Of a stretch of 64,000 nt of DNA, positions 1 to 11,000 are shown in pieces (within the stretch, counting starts at the first letter, position 1; every line of letters starts with the position of its first letter). The position numbers were made by a program, and so were the translations under genes. Source of the stretch: Cyanophora paradoxa CCMP329 (Eukaryota; Plantae; Glaucophyta); NCBI GenBank assembly GCA_004431415.1, contig QPMI01000453.1:372001-436000 (forward strand), in the 5' to 3' direction. The notes beneath the pieces were generated by a model that saw only the letters and a list, made by a program, of their open reading frames with translations, did not search any database and had not been told where the DNA came from.

Positions 1-2621
1 GGGACAGTCCTGCGCAGCATTGCTCAATGTTGGCGGTGAGCAAGATCTCACACTTGCTCGCTCGCGTGCGTCTCTAGACTCGCACCACATCCGGACATCA
101 GCGACCCCGGCAATGACGAAGGACCCGTTCCGCTCGATTGCGACGGAGACGACCGGCCCGCTATTCGCACGGCACGACAACACGGCGACGCGGTTGCCGT
201 GGGCCAAATCGTACAGGTATGCCTCCTCGAACCCGCCGGCGAGAGCGAAGCGCCCATCCCCCGTGATTGCGACGCTGAAGAGCGTGCCCCGGAGCTCCGG
301 CACTGTCCGAATGACGGCACCTGTCGAGACTTGCCAGATGCGGGCTGAGCTGGCACCGGTGGCGCCAGAGACAGAGACAAGGAGAAGCCCGTCTGCCGTC
401 AGGGCGATGTCGTTGACAGGAGCTGCGTGCGTAAAGTTCCGCACAGCGACGGGCTTCTGTCTGGGCGTATACAGAGTGTTCTCGTGGCGCCACTGGACGA
501 TGAAGCCGTCGACGTACGACACGAACAAGAACGAGTCATCGGGTGAGAAAGCGAGGCTTGTTGAAACGACGTATGGTTCACGATAGAACTCGTGATAACG
601 GTAGTACATGGTGGCCGTCCAGTCTCCATGGCCAGTCGGAGTGATGTCCCACGTCCGCGCACGCCCATCACTGTACCTCTCAATCAACGCGATGCGAGTG
701 CCTGCATTCGAGAATGCCATCCTTCGAGCGGCGTCATAAGCTTAAGATATGTAAGACCAAGAACAAGACGCACCTCGCATTGGTTTTCCATCCAGGGCCG
801 GACATTTTTCCAATCATGTGCCCGTCAACAAGCGACCAAACCCTGCCGATATCCGTGGCTGAAGCTTAATCGCGGAAAAATGATCCCGAATGTGCTTCAT
901 AACTCGTTCTGAGTTTGCAACCGGCGCACCTTAGTAGCGGAACGTCTGAGTAACCGGCAAGCGTAGCAAACTTGGTCCCGTCCTGGCTGGCGGCAACCTG
1001 GTACACGTAGTAGTCATCAACGCAGCTGTAGGGAGCATTTGGCATCGCCAATAAGCCAGAATCCACGTTCATGATCCTCAGTCCCCTGACGCCTGAGTTG
1101 TATCCTCCCGCAATGAGCTTGCGGCCGTCTGGGGACAGGGCGATCGATATCGGGTAGTCGCGATGTATTAACAGGCGCGTGGCCATGGGATCGGCCGGAT
1201 TGTTGAAAACACGGCGCGGAACCTGTAACCACGCATTGACAAACTCGAGCGAGAGGCTCGCCGGAACATACGTGACGTTCCCCCAAAGCGAGGCGACATC
1301 CGAAGCTCGCCCCACGGCGTAATCGGAGGCTGTCAGCAGAGAGGTGTCGTTGCTGCCGCCGTCGAGCGGCACTGCCGGGCAGATCGTCAGTGTCGAAAAG
1401 AATATCTTCCATGAAGAGCGCCCTAGCGTACGGTAGTGGACGAGACCCTCCTCCGATCCCGTGAGTCGGCGATCCATGAACTGGCGAATTAACTCGTCCG
1501 AGCGCGGGCGGTTCCAGACTCGGATCTGCGCGCGATCGAGTCGGCCAAAAACGTTGATCAACGATAATTAACAAGTCAAACAATAACGCTTATCAACGTT
1601 GATTAAAAAGGTCGCAGGGGAACTCACATCTGAGTACAGAGCCCACGAGCCGGTCGCACTAGAAGTGTCGTTCGAGTCGGATGCAAGCCAAAGCGACGAG
1701 CCCGGCTGCAGAATAGGATCGCCGTAAGCTACACTCGATTGAGCCGTCTGCAAGCGTGATTTTCGCAATTAGACAGTTACAAAACGCGATCGTGATCGTG
1801 GTGAGCAGTGGCCATTGCCCATGGCCAGCACGCACCAGAGTCCCGTTCAGGAAAAATGTCGTCCGCCACTGATTCGGGAGGCCCGGAGACGACGCACACT
1901 CCACGCGAAACGCGAGATGGACCCTGGCGGCGGGGGGCGGAAACGGAGATTAAGCGACCAGCAGTTGGCCAAGATGCACCGAGAACGGCGGGCGAACGGC
2001 GCACCAAGAGCCACCAAGAGCAGTCAATATTAATCCATCGGAGAGGGGCCTCGACACGACAGCGCCCGCCGAGCTCTCCCACGCGACCTCCAATTGCGGG
2101 GGCTGTGCTTTCTGCCCAACGTACACTGCGAGCGCGCCAAAGTGCTTCAATTAAGAGCTCTGAAGACAAAAGAATTCGATTGATCATGAAGAGTGGCGTC
2201 GCACTCTTGTAGTTCCCTGCTAATGGATGAATAAACTCAGTGATTTGTAATATATATACGACATAGATTGTAAAATTGTACCGTCGTCACTGGTTCCGTT
2301 GCCCTTCTTTAGGAAGAAGGGGTGCGCTTGCGCCAGCGAAGGCATGTATGCCCACAGCTCTACCGTTAGTCCTTGCCTTCGGGACCGTTAATTAAGCAGA
2401 ATGTCCAGCCTGGCAGGTTAGGCGCGTTGAGTGCTCAGGGCGCACGTGAGCAAGTCGGAGGCGTTGGTGTAAGGGATGCGGAGGCCACCGTGATCCCCCA
2501 CGTAGAGAACCTTGTCGCCTGCGCGCGGCCGTGTTGAGCTCGAAAGATGCATCGATATCAGGGCGGACATCGAAAGCTACCTCCGGGCGAGTACTGCTTC
2601 AGGCTTCGCGTGTGCCTCGCT
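1..2621 (-). CDS. Multi-exon gene: LamG/concanavalin-A-like domain followed by WD40 repeats (3' end outside the window, 5' end uncertain)
   Basis: Spliced exons read GLTVELWAY...W|VHLAFRV...TTFFLNGTL...SD|IRVWNRPRSDELIRQFMDRRLTGSEEGLVHY, which is the LamG-type pattern. WD40-like repeats follow (SIALSPDGRKLIAGG; SLAFSPDDSFLFVSYVDGFIVQW; HAAPVNDIALTADGLLLVSVSG...ARIWQVSTG; SVAITGDGRFALAGG...YLYDL). Introns are GT-AG. Confidence 0.8.
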
Positions 2622-3069
2622 TCGGACGGGGCAAATCCATCCTGCTCCACCGGAGGCGCATGCGCACTGCGCCGAACAGCTCCTAGATCTGCAAACTCGA
2701 CGTGGATTTCGCCGAAGAGGTCCTGAAGCGAGCATTAGATGCTGACTCGGTGTGTGTGCGTGCGGGGGAGGGGGGGGGGGGGGGGCGGGCGGCGGCTAGG
2801 GCTACGGAGATTCTGACTCGGTGAGGGTGGCGCAGATCTAAATGTCTGGAGTCAATGCTTTTGCAGAAGAAGATTATATATAGAGGCTAGAAGCAAGATG
2901 CATATGAAGCAAGATGGAGGGGGGCGGGGAGCGAGGGAGGGGAGTTAACGTTGTAGGACAGGGGAAGGGGGAAAGCTGACGAGATCGATCTACATCAAAA
3001 TCCAGAGGGAGATAGAGAGGGCTGGAAAACAATACGGGAAGGGGGGACTCGATATAGAGAGGGTGTTTG

Positions 3070-3400
3070 CTGGGGGAAGGGGGGGGGGGGGGGCGGGGCG
3101 GGCGGGCGGGGCGGCTAGGGTGAGGGGTGGGGGGCGGGGCGGGGAGAAGGGGGGTGGGGTGGGGGGGGGGAGGGCCGGGGCGGGCGGGGCGGGGCGGCTA
3201 GGGTGAGGGGTGGGGGGCGGGGCGGGGAGAAGGGGGGTGGGGTGGGGGGGGGGGGCGGGGCGGGGAGAAGGGGGGGGGGGGGGGGCGGGGCGGGCGGGCG
3301 GGGCGGGGCGGCTAGGGTGAGGGGTGGGGGGCGGGGCGGGGAGAAGGGGGGGGGAGGGGGGGGGCGAGGCGGGAGGGGCGGGGGGCGGAGGGGCTTGGTT
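3070..3400 (+). repeat. G-rich imperfect tandem repeat with G-quadruplex potential
   Basis: About three copies of GGGGCGGCTAGGGTGAGGGGTGGGGGGCGGGGCGGGGAGAAGGGGGG, separated by G runs. Confidence 0.85.
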
Positions 3401-4377
3401 GGCGGGGTGAGGACAGGGGGTCGGTGCACGACGGGAGGCGGCGAAGGCTAGGACGGGGCTGGGATGGCATTCTTTGAAGGGGGGGATGGAGGCAGGGGGT
3501 ACGCCTGTGGCGCGCGAGGCTAAGAGCAAAGCGGGGGCCCGCGGCCATGACGGGGGATCGGTGGGTGACGGGGGGCCGCCGGGCGGCAAAGGCTAGAACG
3601 TGGCTGGGGATGGCTTGACTGGAAGGCTAGAACGTGGCCGGGGGGGGGGGGGGGGGGGGGGGGCGGGAGGGGAGGGGGGGGCGGGTACAGTTGGCGGGGT
3701 GAGGATAGCGGTCCGGTGAGGGGGGGCGAAGGCTGGGAAGAACTGGGGACGGCTTGCCTGAAGAGACGGAAGGGATGCCGTGACTTCGAAGAGCAGAGTC
3801 CGAGGCGCAGAGCCCGGCGTCGGCGGCGGAGCCTGGCCCTCCACCCGCAGAGGCGGCCCGTCAGGGCAGAGGGCCAGCAGCGTCCCGGGGCGCCACGCCC
3901 CGGCGGCTGCAGCCGCCGGCGAGCCGGCCTGCACCTCCAGCCGGAGAAGGGGCGGCTCGCATGCCGCTGAGAGAAGGCCCTCGAGAGAACCTGTGGCGCT
4001 CAAGCCCGCACGCCGCCGCAGGGAGAAGCGAAGCCGGAAGGGGCCTCCAGCGCTCGCCGCGGGGCTGGTGCTGCCGCCCCCTCTGGAGCATCTGGCTGGC
4101 AGATCGTTCGCAGTCTCCTCAAGCTCGATCCACGATTCCCCATCCTCAGAGACTGCAGGCGTGATCGGTGTCAGCGTGATGTAGTACTAGTCATGATCAA
4201 GTCGCAATGTAAGCGGGTGCGTACCTCCTGTCTTGGTGGGCGCTTGCGATCGCACAGGCAGCTCTTCCGGGTCTGTGGCTGGGGCCTGAGGACGGCGGCG
4301 CGCGTGCGTTAGCGCGCGCCCTGAGCCCACGCGCGGCCGGGGCCCGGGCGATGGGAGCTTGCAATTGATGACGCTTA

Positions 4378-4729
4378 CCGCGGCCAGCACGCGTACGCAG
4401 GAGTCCACGTCGACAGGCGCACGCCCGGCGCGCCACTCCGTCCGAAAGAAGTCGATTAGGGCAGCGTCCGACGATGGTTTTTCAACTGGCTCGTCGTATA
4501 CGTGGCCAGTAGATCTAGATCTAGTTGAGCTTGCAATTGAGCTTGCAGTTGCAGTTGAGGTCCCGTCACGAGCGCGACGCGCGCCGATCGCCGGTGCGAA
4601 TCGCAGTTGATGATCATCATCGAGGGCAGCCGCGAGCTGAAGGCTGACATGCACGAGGACGAGCGCGCCTAGGCCAAACTGCCATGGCCACAGGCATCGA
4701 CCCCGCGGGCCTCGAGCTCGATCTCCCAT
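4378..4729 (-). CDS. Possible first exon with a signal-peptide-like segment, perhaps the 5' end of the LamG-WD40 gene
   Basis: The ORF reads MGDRARG...WQFGLGALVLVHVSLQLAAA and ends at a GTAAGC donor. The most upstream identified LamG exon (~2620) begins at an acceptor, so an earlier exon is required. The link between the two is inferred. Confidence 0.35.
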
Positions 4730-5594
4730 TCGGACGTACTACTGCAGCTGCAGCGTCGGCATGGCCGAGCAGACGGGGCGCGAGACAGGCGCGACCAAGA
4801 AAACGCAGCGGATCCCTGGAGGGTACGCCTGCGTCTGAGCCGCCGAAAAAAAACGGTGCATATGCAAAAAGCCCGCCGGCGCCGAGGCGATGACCAGCGA
4901 GCACCAGCGGCGTGACCAGCCACACGGTTCAAGGATGTCGACGAGCTCAAGGTTGTGGAGCCGTCGCTTCAGCAGGCGCCCCGACGAAGAGCTAAATCGC
5001 AGGCCGCGAGGAAGGCCCGTGGCACCCCGATCCAGCTCTACAGCAGGTGAGTTCCGGATCCCCGCGGCCGGCCCTGCTGCCCGCCGCGTCGTGCCCCGCG
5101 CGCGCGCGCGCTGACATGATGCGCGAATCGCAGATGCTCTCGCCTCGCGCGGCTGATCATAAAGGGACGCGCACGGCTCGCACTCGCTACAGGCCAGCGG
5201 AGACCTTCGAAGGAAGAACAGCCTGCGCACGCTGCTTCGAGCTGGAGGCCTAGGTCTTTCGCGCCCCGCCCCGCGCCGCCCCGCGCCGCCCGGGAGCCTG
5301 CGGCGCCCTGAGACGCGGCCGCGCGCGTTCTTCCTCAGACGAGGGGAAGCCCCGACGCCGGCGGCGGCGGCTGAAGCGGCCTCGGCGGCGGCGGCGGCAG
5401 CGGTATGCGAGCAGAGCGCCGGGCCGCTGGGCGCGCCGACGGGCCTTAGGGCCCTGCGAAGCTCGGCGTGGCCGCTCTCCCCGGCGGCCCTCGAGCTCTT
5501 CGCCCTCACCGCCCCCGGCCCGGCCGCCCGGCTCGCTCGAATTCGAAAGCCTCGTTCGTCAAGGCCGCGCCGGCCGCGGCCCCTTTGGGACCGC

Positions 5595-5666
5595 CTCGCT
5601 CGGGGGGTACCAGGAGGCGGCTCGCTCGGGGGGTACCAGGAGGCGGCTCGCTCGGGGGGTACCAGG
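5595..5666 (+). repeat. 26-bp tandem repeat, about 3 copies
   Basis: CTCGCTCGGGGGGTACCAGG(AGGCGG) occurs at 5595, 5621 and 5647. Confidence 0.9.
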
Positions 5667-6491
5667 GACAAGGACGCGACGCCCATCGCCCGTCCTACTT
5701 CTCTGAGGCGGGCCGCGGCCCGCCGAGGGCCTTGCCCAGGGCCTGCCGGCCGCGGCCCGCCTCGCCCTCGATATCTCCACCGGTACCGGCCCGTCCGCCT
5801 CGCTCGGCCCCCGGCTCGGTCGGAGTCGGTCCGGATTCCCGTCTCGACGCCGAGCTCGCCTGCGACCGCCCACCCGTCCGCAGCCTACGGAAGCTCCGCC
5901 CCGCGGTCCTCGCCTCTTCTAGATCTTTTAAGCTCCGTGCCGTCCTTTCTTAGCCTGCCTGCTTGCCCATATGCATGCAGGGCCAGCCGCTCCTCTTTTT
6001 ACCACGCTTTAATCCATGGCCGCGGGCATCCGGCCTCCCCCTCGCGCGCCTCAGGCGTACCCCCTCCCCCCCGACTCCCGCACCCTCCTCCCCCTCCCCC
6101 CCCCCCCCCCACCCCTCTCGGAGTGTTTGGAGATCGAGGCCTATATAGCTAGGATACCGAGGACGCCGCACGTACGGGGTCCGAGGCCGGCGGCGGACCG
6201 AAATCGATATCCCCCCTCCGGTCGCATGAGATTCTCCCATCCCTCCGCCCCCCCCCCCCCCCCCTCCCCCCCCCCGGAGGAGGCCGCTCCTGCGGGGCAG
6301 GCCGAGGCCGGGGGCGGCCGACGCATTATGTGCAGTTTGCATTGTTCAGCAGGTGTAGCGTATAATGTTATGTTCACAGAAACGAGAATAATACACAATA
6401 AGCGAAAGGCAGCCCCAGGGCACCCCAAAACTGCATCTAAACGCGAATTCAAAGCGCGCGGCGCGCGGCGCTCGCTTTCCGAGGCCTACTA

Positions 6492-8050
6492 TTAGGCCAT
6501 GATCTCGCCGCGGGCGAGGGCCCGGATCGTCTCGACGCGCCCGCGGGGCGCCGCCGCCGCCGGCGGCGGCCCCGGTCCTTGCGAGGCGAAGGGAAAAGCG
6601 GAGACGAAGGGCGAGAAGAAGCCGGCGTTGCCTCCGGCAGAGGTAGGCGAGAGGACGGGGCTGGCGCCCACGGTGGAGGGGCGGGAGGGGGTGGTCGTGG
6701 GGCTGTAGAAGGGGGGGGAGGCGTACAGGCCGCCGGAAGTTCCAGGGCGGGACCCGCCGCCGCCCGGGGCCGGGACGGCAAGGCTCGCCCGCCAGTACTG
6801 GGCGTGCGTGTCCATACCACCCGAGAAGGCGTCGGGCGGGAAGCCCGAAGAAGGGCCGGGCGGGGGTCCCCAGGATCCGGAGACGGCGGCGGCGGTGAGG
6901 GCCGAGGCGGAGACGGCAGCGGTGGCCGAGCCCGTGGCGAGGGAGGAGGGGAGGGGCGCGGCGCCGGGCCCCCGGCGCCGCTGGAGGAGCATGGCGTCCG
7001 TGGCGGCGTCGAGCTGGCCCAGGCCCGCCCCGACCATCTCGTGCAGCGCCGCGGCAGCCGCGGCAGAGTTGGCCGTGCCCGCGCGCTGCAGCGTCGCTGC
7101 GGCCATCGCCGCCGTCGCTGCGCTCTCGGCCCATCGCGCGCCCTCCATCGGGTCGGACGTGCCCGGGCGGGAGTGGCCCGAGCGGCCGGCGGCGGCGCGG
7201 GCCGGCGGGAGGCGCCCAGAGGCGGACGAGAGGGAGGAGATGGAGAGCGCCGAGGAGGAGGCCACAGAGTGCTGCGGGGGAGGGGGGGGGGGGGGGCGTC
7301 AGTTTTGGAGGGGGGGGAAGCGTGAGAGGGGTACGGGGGTACAGTGCTGCGCACCAGGCCGAGGAGGCCGCTCCTGCGGGGCGGGCCGAGGCCGGGAGCC
7401 GGGCTCGCGGGGGCGGGGGCGGGCGGCGGGGGGAACTGGGCCGCAGCCGTCGTGAAGCCCGCCGCGCGGATGGACTGCGAAACGAAGATAGAGTTAGTTA
7501 GAGCACGTTGATTAAAGTTCTTTATAGTTAGATAGTTAGTTAAGCACCTGGACAATGTACTGTGTGGCCTGCTCCTGCAACGCCCCGGGGGCCGGCCCAC
7601 TCGGCCCGGCGGCCGCCGACTCGGTTTCCGAGGCGGCGCCGGCCTGGCTGCCCTCCCCGCGGCCGGCGCGCCGGCGCCGCCTCCGCTCCTCCTTCTCCGC
7701 CTTGCGGCGCGCCTCGGCCTGCTCGATCGCCGCCCGCGCCGCCGACGCGGCCGCCCGCGCGACCTCCGCCGCCTGCGCCTGCGCCGTGGCCGCCTGCGTC
7801 TGCACCTGCGCCCACTGCTGCGTCTGCGCCTGCTGCTGGGCCGCCGCGGCCATCGCCCACTGCGCCTGCTGCTGCTGCGCCTGTGCCGCGGCCATCGCCG
7901 CCGCCTGCTGCTGCTGTTGCTGGTAGTACATCGAGTACTGCACCGCCTGCTGCTGCTGCGCCGCCCATTCCTGCTGCTGCTGCTGCGCCGCCAGCGCCGC
8001 CGCCCACTCCTGCTGCTGCTGCTGCTGCGCGACGGCGGCGGCCCAGTCGG

Positions 8051-8088
<38 letters not shown>

Positions 8089-11000
8089 GCGGCGGCGGCT
8101 GCCCACTCCGCCTGCTGCGCCTGCTGCTGCTGATGAGCAGCGGCTGCCCACTCAGCCTGTTGTTGTTGTTGTTGCTGCTGCTGTTGCTGCTGCTGCGCCT
8201 GCTGCTGGGCCGTGTGCTGCTGTAGCTGCGCGCGGTAGTGCGCGATGTACTGCGCCTGCGCCTCGGGGGGGTACTGCACGAGCGCCGCGCCCAGCTGCTC
8301 GAGCTGCTCGTCCGCCACGAGGCCTCTCAGCTCTGCCAGGAGCGCCGAGACGGCTCCGGGGCCCCACGCCCCGTCGCGCCCCGCCTCCTCCGCCCACGCC
8401 AGCTCCGCCGCAGGCGGCGGCGGCGGCGGGTCGGGCTCGGGCGCTGGCGGGGCGCGGGCGCGGGCGCGGCGGCGGCCGGCGGGACGGCCGGCGGGATCGA
8501 GGGCGAGGGCGAGGGCGAGGGCGAAGGGGGCTTGGCGGGCTTCGTCGCGGTGGCGGCGGAGGGCGGTCGCTTCAGCGGCGCGAGATGCGGCGGCGGCGCG
8601 GAGTGGAGGGGGGCGCCGCTGGGGCCGGGGCCTGCGCCGGGCTCGGCGCCGGCGCTCGCGGAGCGCGGCCGCTGCTGGGCGGAGGCCGCGCCGGAGAGGA
8701 GGCGCGGGAGGGACGCCCGCCGCGCCGGCTCGTCGGCCGCGGAGGAGGCGGAGGACGCCGCCGCGAGGCCGTCCGGCGTCGCCGCCGTCGGCGCCGCCGC
8801 CGTCGGAGGGCGCGGGGCGGCGTTGGAGGCGGAGGAGGGGCCCGGGGCCGCGGCCGCGTGAGGGGGCGGGGGAGGGTCGGGGCCGACGTGGAGAGGCGGA
8901 TAGGGGGCCCCGGGGGCGAGGGCGGGCCCGCGACGGAGGAGGAAGACGACTCCGAAAGGGAAGGGGAGGGGAGCGAGGCCAGCGCCGGGTGTCGGGCCGC
9001 CCCCGACCGCGGGAGCGACTCCTGGCGGGGGGGTACCGGCCGCCCGGCTCTGAGAGAGGGGCTCCGGACGAGGGCGGCGAGGGGGGGCTCCTCGGCGATG
9101 GGACCCTGCGGCCCCTGGCCGGCCCGGCGGGGCGGGGGAGGAGGAGGGGGCGAGGAGGAGTCGCGGACGGACCCGGCCGACGAGTTGCGGCGGGGCGGGA
9201 GCGGCCGCCCGACGCCCCCGGCCCGCAGCCGGCTGGCCGGGTCCGGCCCCGACCCCGCCGCCTCGCCGCCCCTGGCCGGCGTCGACGGAGCCGAAACCGA
9301 AGTCAACGCCAACGCCGCCGGCGGCGGCGCCTGCATCGGGGACGGCGCCGATGCTTGCACCGGGGACGGCGCCGACGCGGGTGCCGGGACGGGCGCCGGC
9401 GCCGGCGCCTGGAACGGGAGAGCGGCCTGCTGTTGCTGCTGCTGCGCCTGTTGCTGCTGCTGCTGCGCCTGTTGCTGCTGCTGAGCAGCGGCTGCCCACT
9501 CAGCCTGCTGTTGTTGCAGCTGTTGCTGCTGTTGTTGTTGTGCCTGCTGGGCTTGCTGGGCGGCGTGCTGCTCGAGCTGGGACCGGTACTGCGCCACGTA
9601 CTGCTCCTGCACGTCGGGTGGGTACGGCGCCAGCGCCGCCGCCAGCTCCTCCATCTGCTCCGCGGAGAGGAAGTCCCGAAGCGCCGCCACCGCCGGCGCC
9701 GCCGCCAGCCCCGCCGCAAACTGCGCCTGCTGCTGCTGCTGCTGCTGCGCAGCCAGCGCAGCCTGCTGCTGCTGCTCGAGCTGAAGCTGCAGCGCCTGCT
9801 GCTGCTGCTGCTGGAGCTGCGCGTCGGCGAGCGCTTGTTGTTGTTGTTGTTGCTGCTGCTGCTGCTGGGCCGCCTGCGCCTGGACCTGGGCTTGCTGGTG
9901 CTGACGGAACTGGGCGATCACCTGATCCACGTACTGCGCCTGGTAGTCCTGCGGGTACTGCGCCAGCGCCGCCAGCAGCTGCTGCCCGTACTCGGGGGGG
10001 TAGTGCGCGAGCACAGCCTGCAGCTGCGCCATCCGCGCGCCCCCGGCATCGGGCCGCGGGCTGCTGGTCCGGGACGAGGGCTGCGAGGGTGGGCGGCCCT
10101 GGAACGCGAGCAGCGCCGCCTGCGCCTGCGCGGCCAGGAGCATCTGCTGCTGCTGCTCGGCCGACCCGCCGGCGTGCTCCTCCGAATCAGGGGCCAGGGT
10201 CGACATGAGGCCTCCGCCCTTGACGCTCCGGGCCCGCTGCAGCCGGACCGACGCCCTCGGGCCGGGCTCGCCGCCGCCGTCCCGAGCCGAGGGCGCCGCC
10301 AGCGAGAACGACGCGTTGGGAGATTCCCGCCCCGACGGCCGCTCGGCAGCCGCCGCCGGCGACGGAGATTTGATCCCGCCCCGCGCCGTCTTGGCCGACG
10401 CGGTACCCGTGGCCGGCAGCGCCGAAGGCGGCGGGGCCGGCCTCGCCGCCGCCTCGCCCTCGTCGTTCTCGTCGTCCTCGCTGCTGCCCTTCCACTGGAG
10501 GCGCCGCGACGCGGACGGCGGGAGGTGCTGCCTGCGCGTGGACGCGCCCGACGCGGCCGCTCCGCCCGCGCCCGCGTCGTCCTTGCGGCTGCGGCTCGTG
10601 ACCGCCCCGCCGCCGCCGCTGCGGCCCGGCCCCGACGCCGCGATTCGGAAGGACTTCTGACCCGCCGCCATCCACTCGCCTCGGCTGCTCTTCTCCGCCC
10701 CGTCCGCCGCGTCTCCCGCGCCGCCGCCGAAGCTGACTCCGCCCTTCTGTCGGAAGCTCCGCAGCGGCGCGCCGCCGCTGCCCGACTTGACTGCCCCGAG
10801 CTTCGGGACCGCCTTGCGGCCCTTCCGGCCCTCCTCGCCGCCGCCGCCGCCCTCCTCCTCCCCCTCCTCCGCTTCGCCGTTTCCGCCGTTTCCGCCGCCA
10901 CCCCGCCGGTCCTTGTCCGCGTGGAGCCGCTTCCGAGCGGCCTCCTCCCGCATCAGCTGCAGCACGCGCTTCCACCGGACCTTAGGCGTGATCTGCGGCC

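Noticed and set aside
4890-5253. Small plus-strand spliced gene (GTGAG...CTGAC...CAG intron at ~5048-5153)
   Set aside because: The splice signals look plausible but there is no convincing reading frame or recognisable product.
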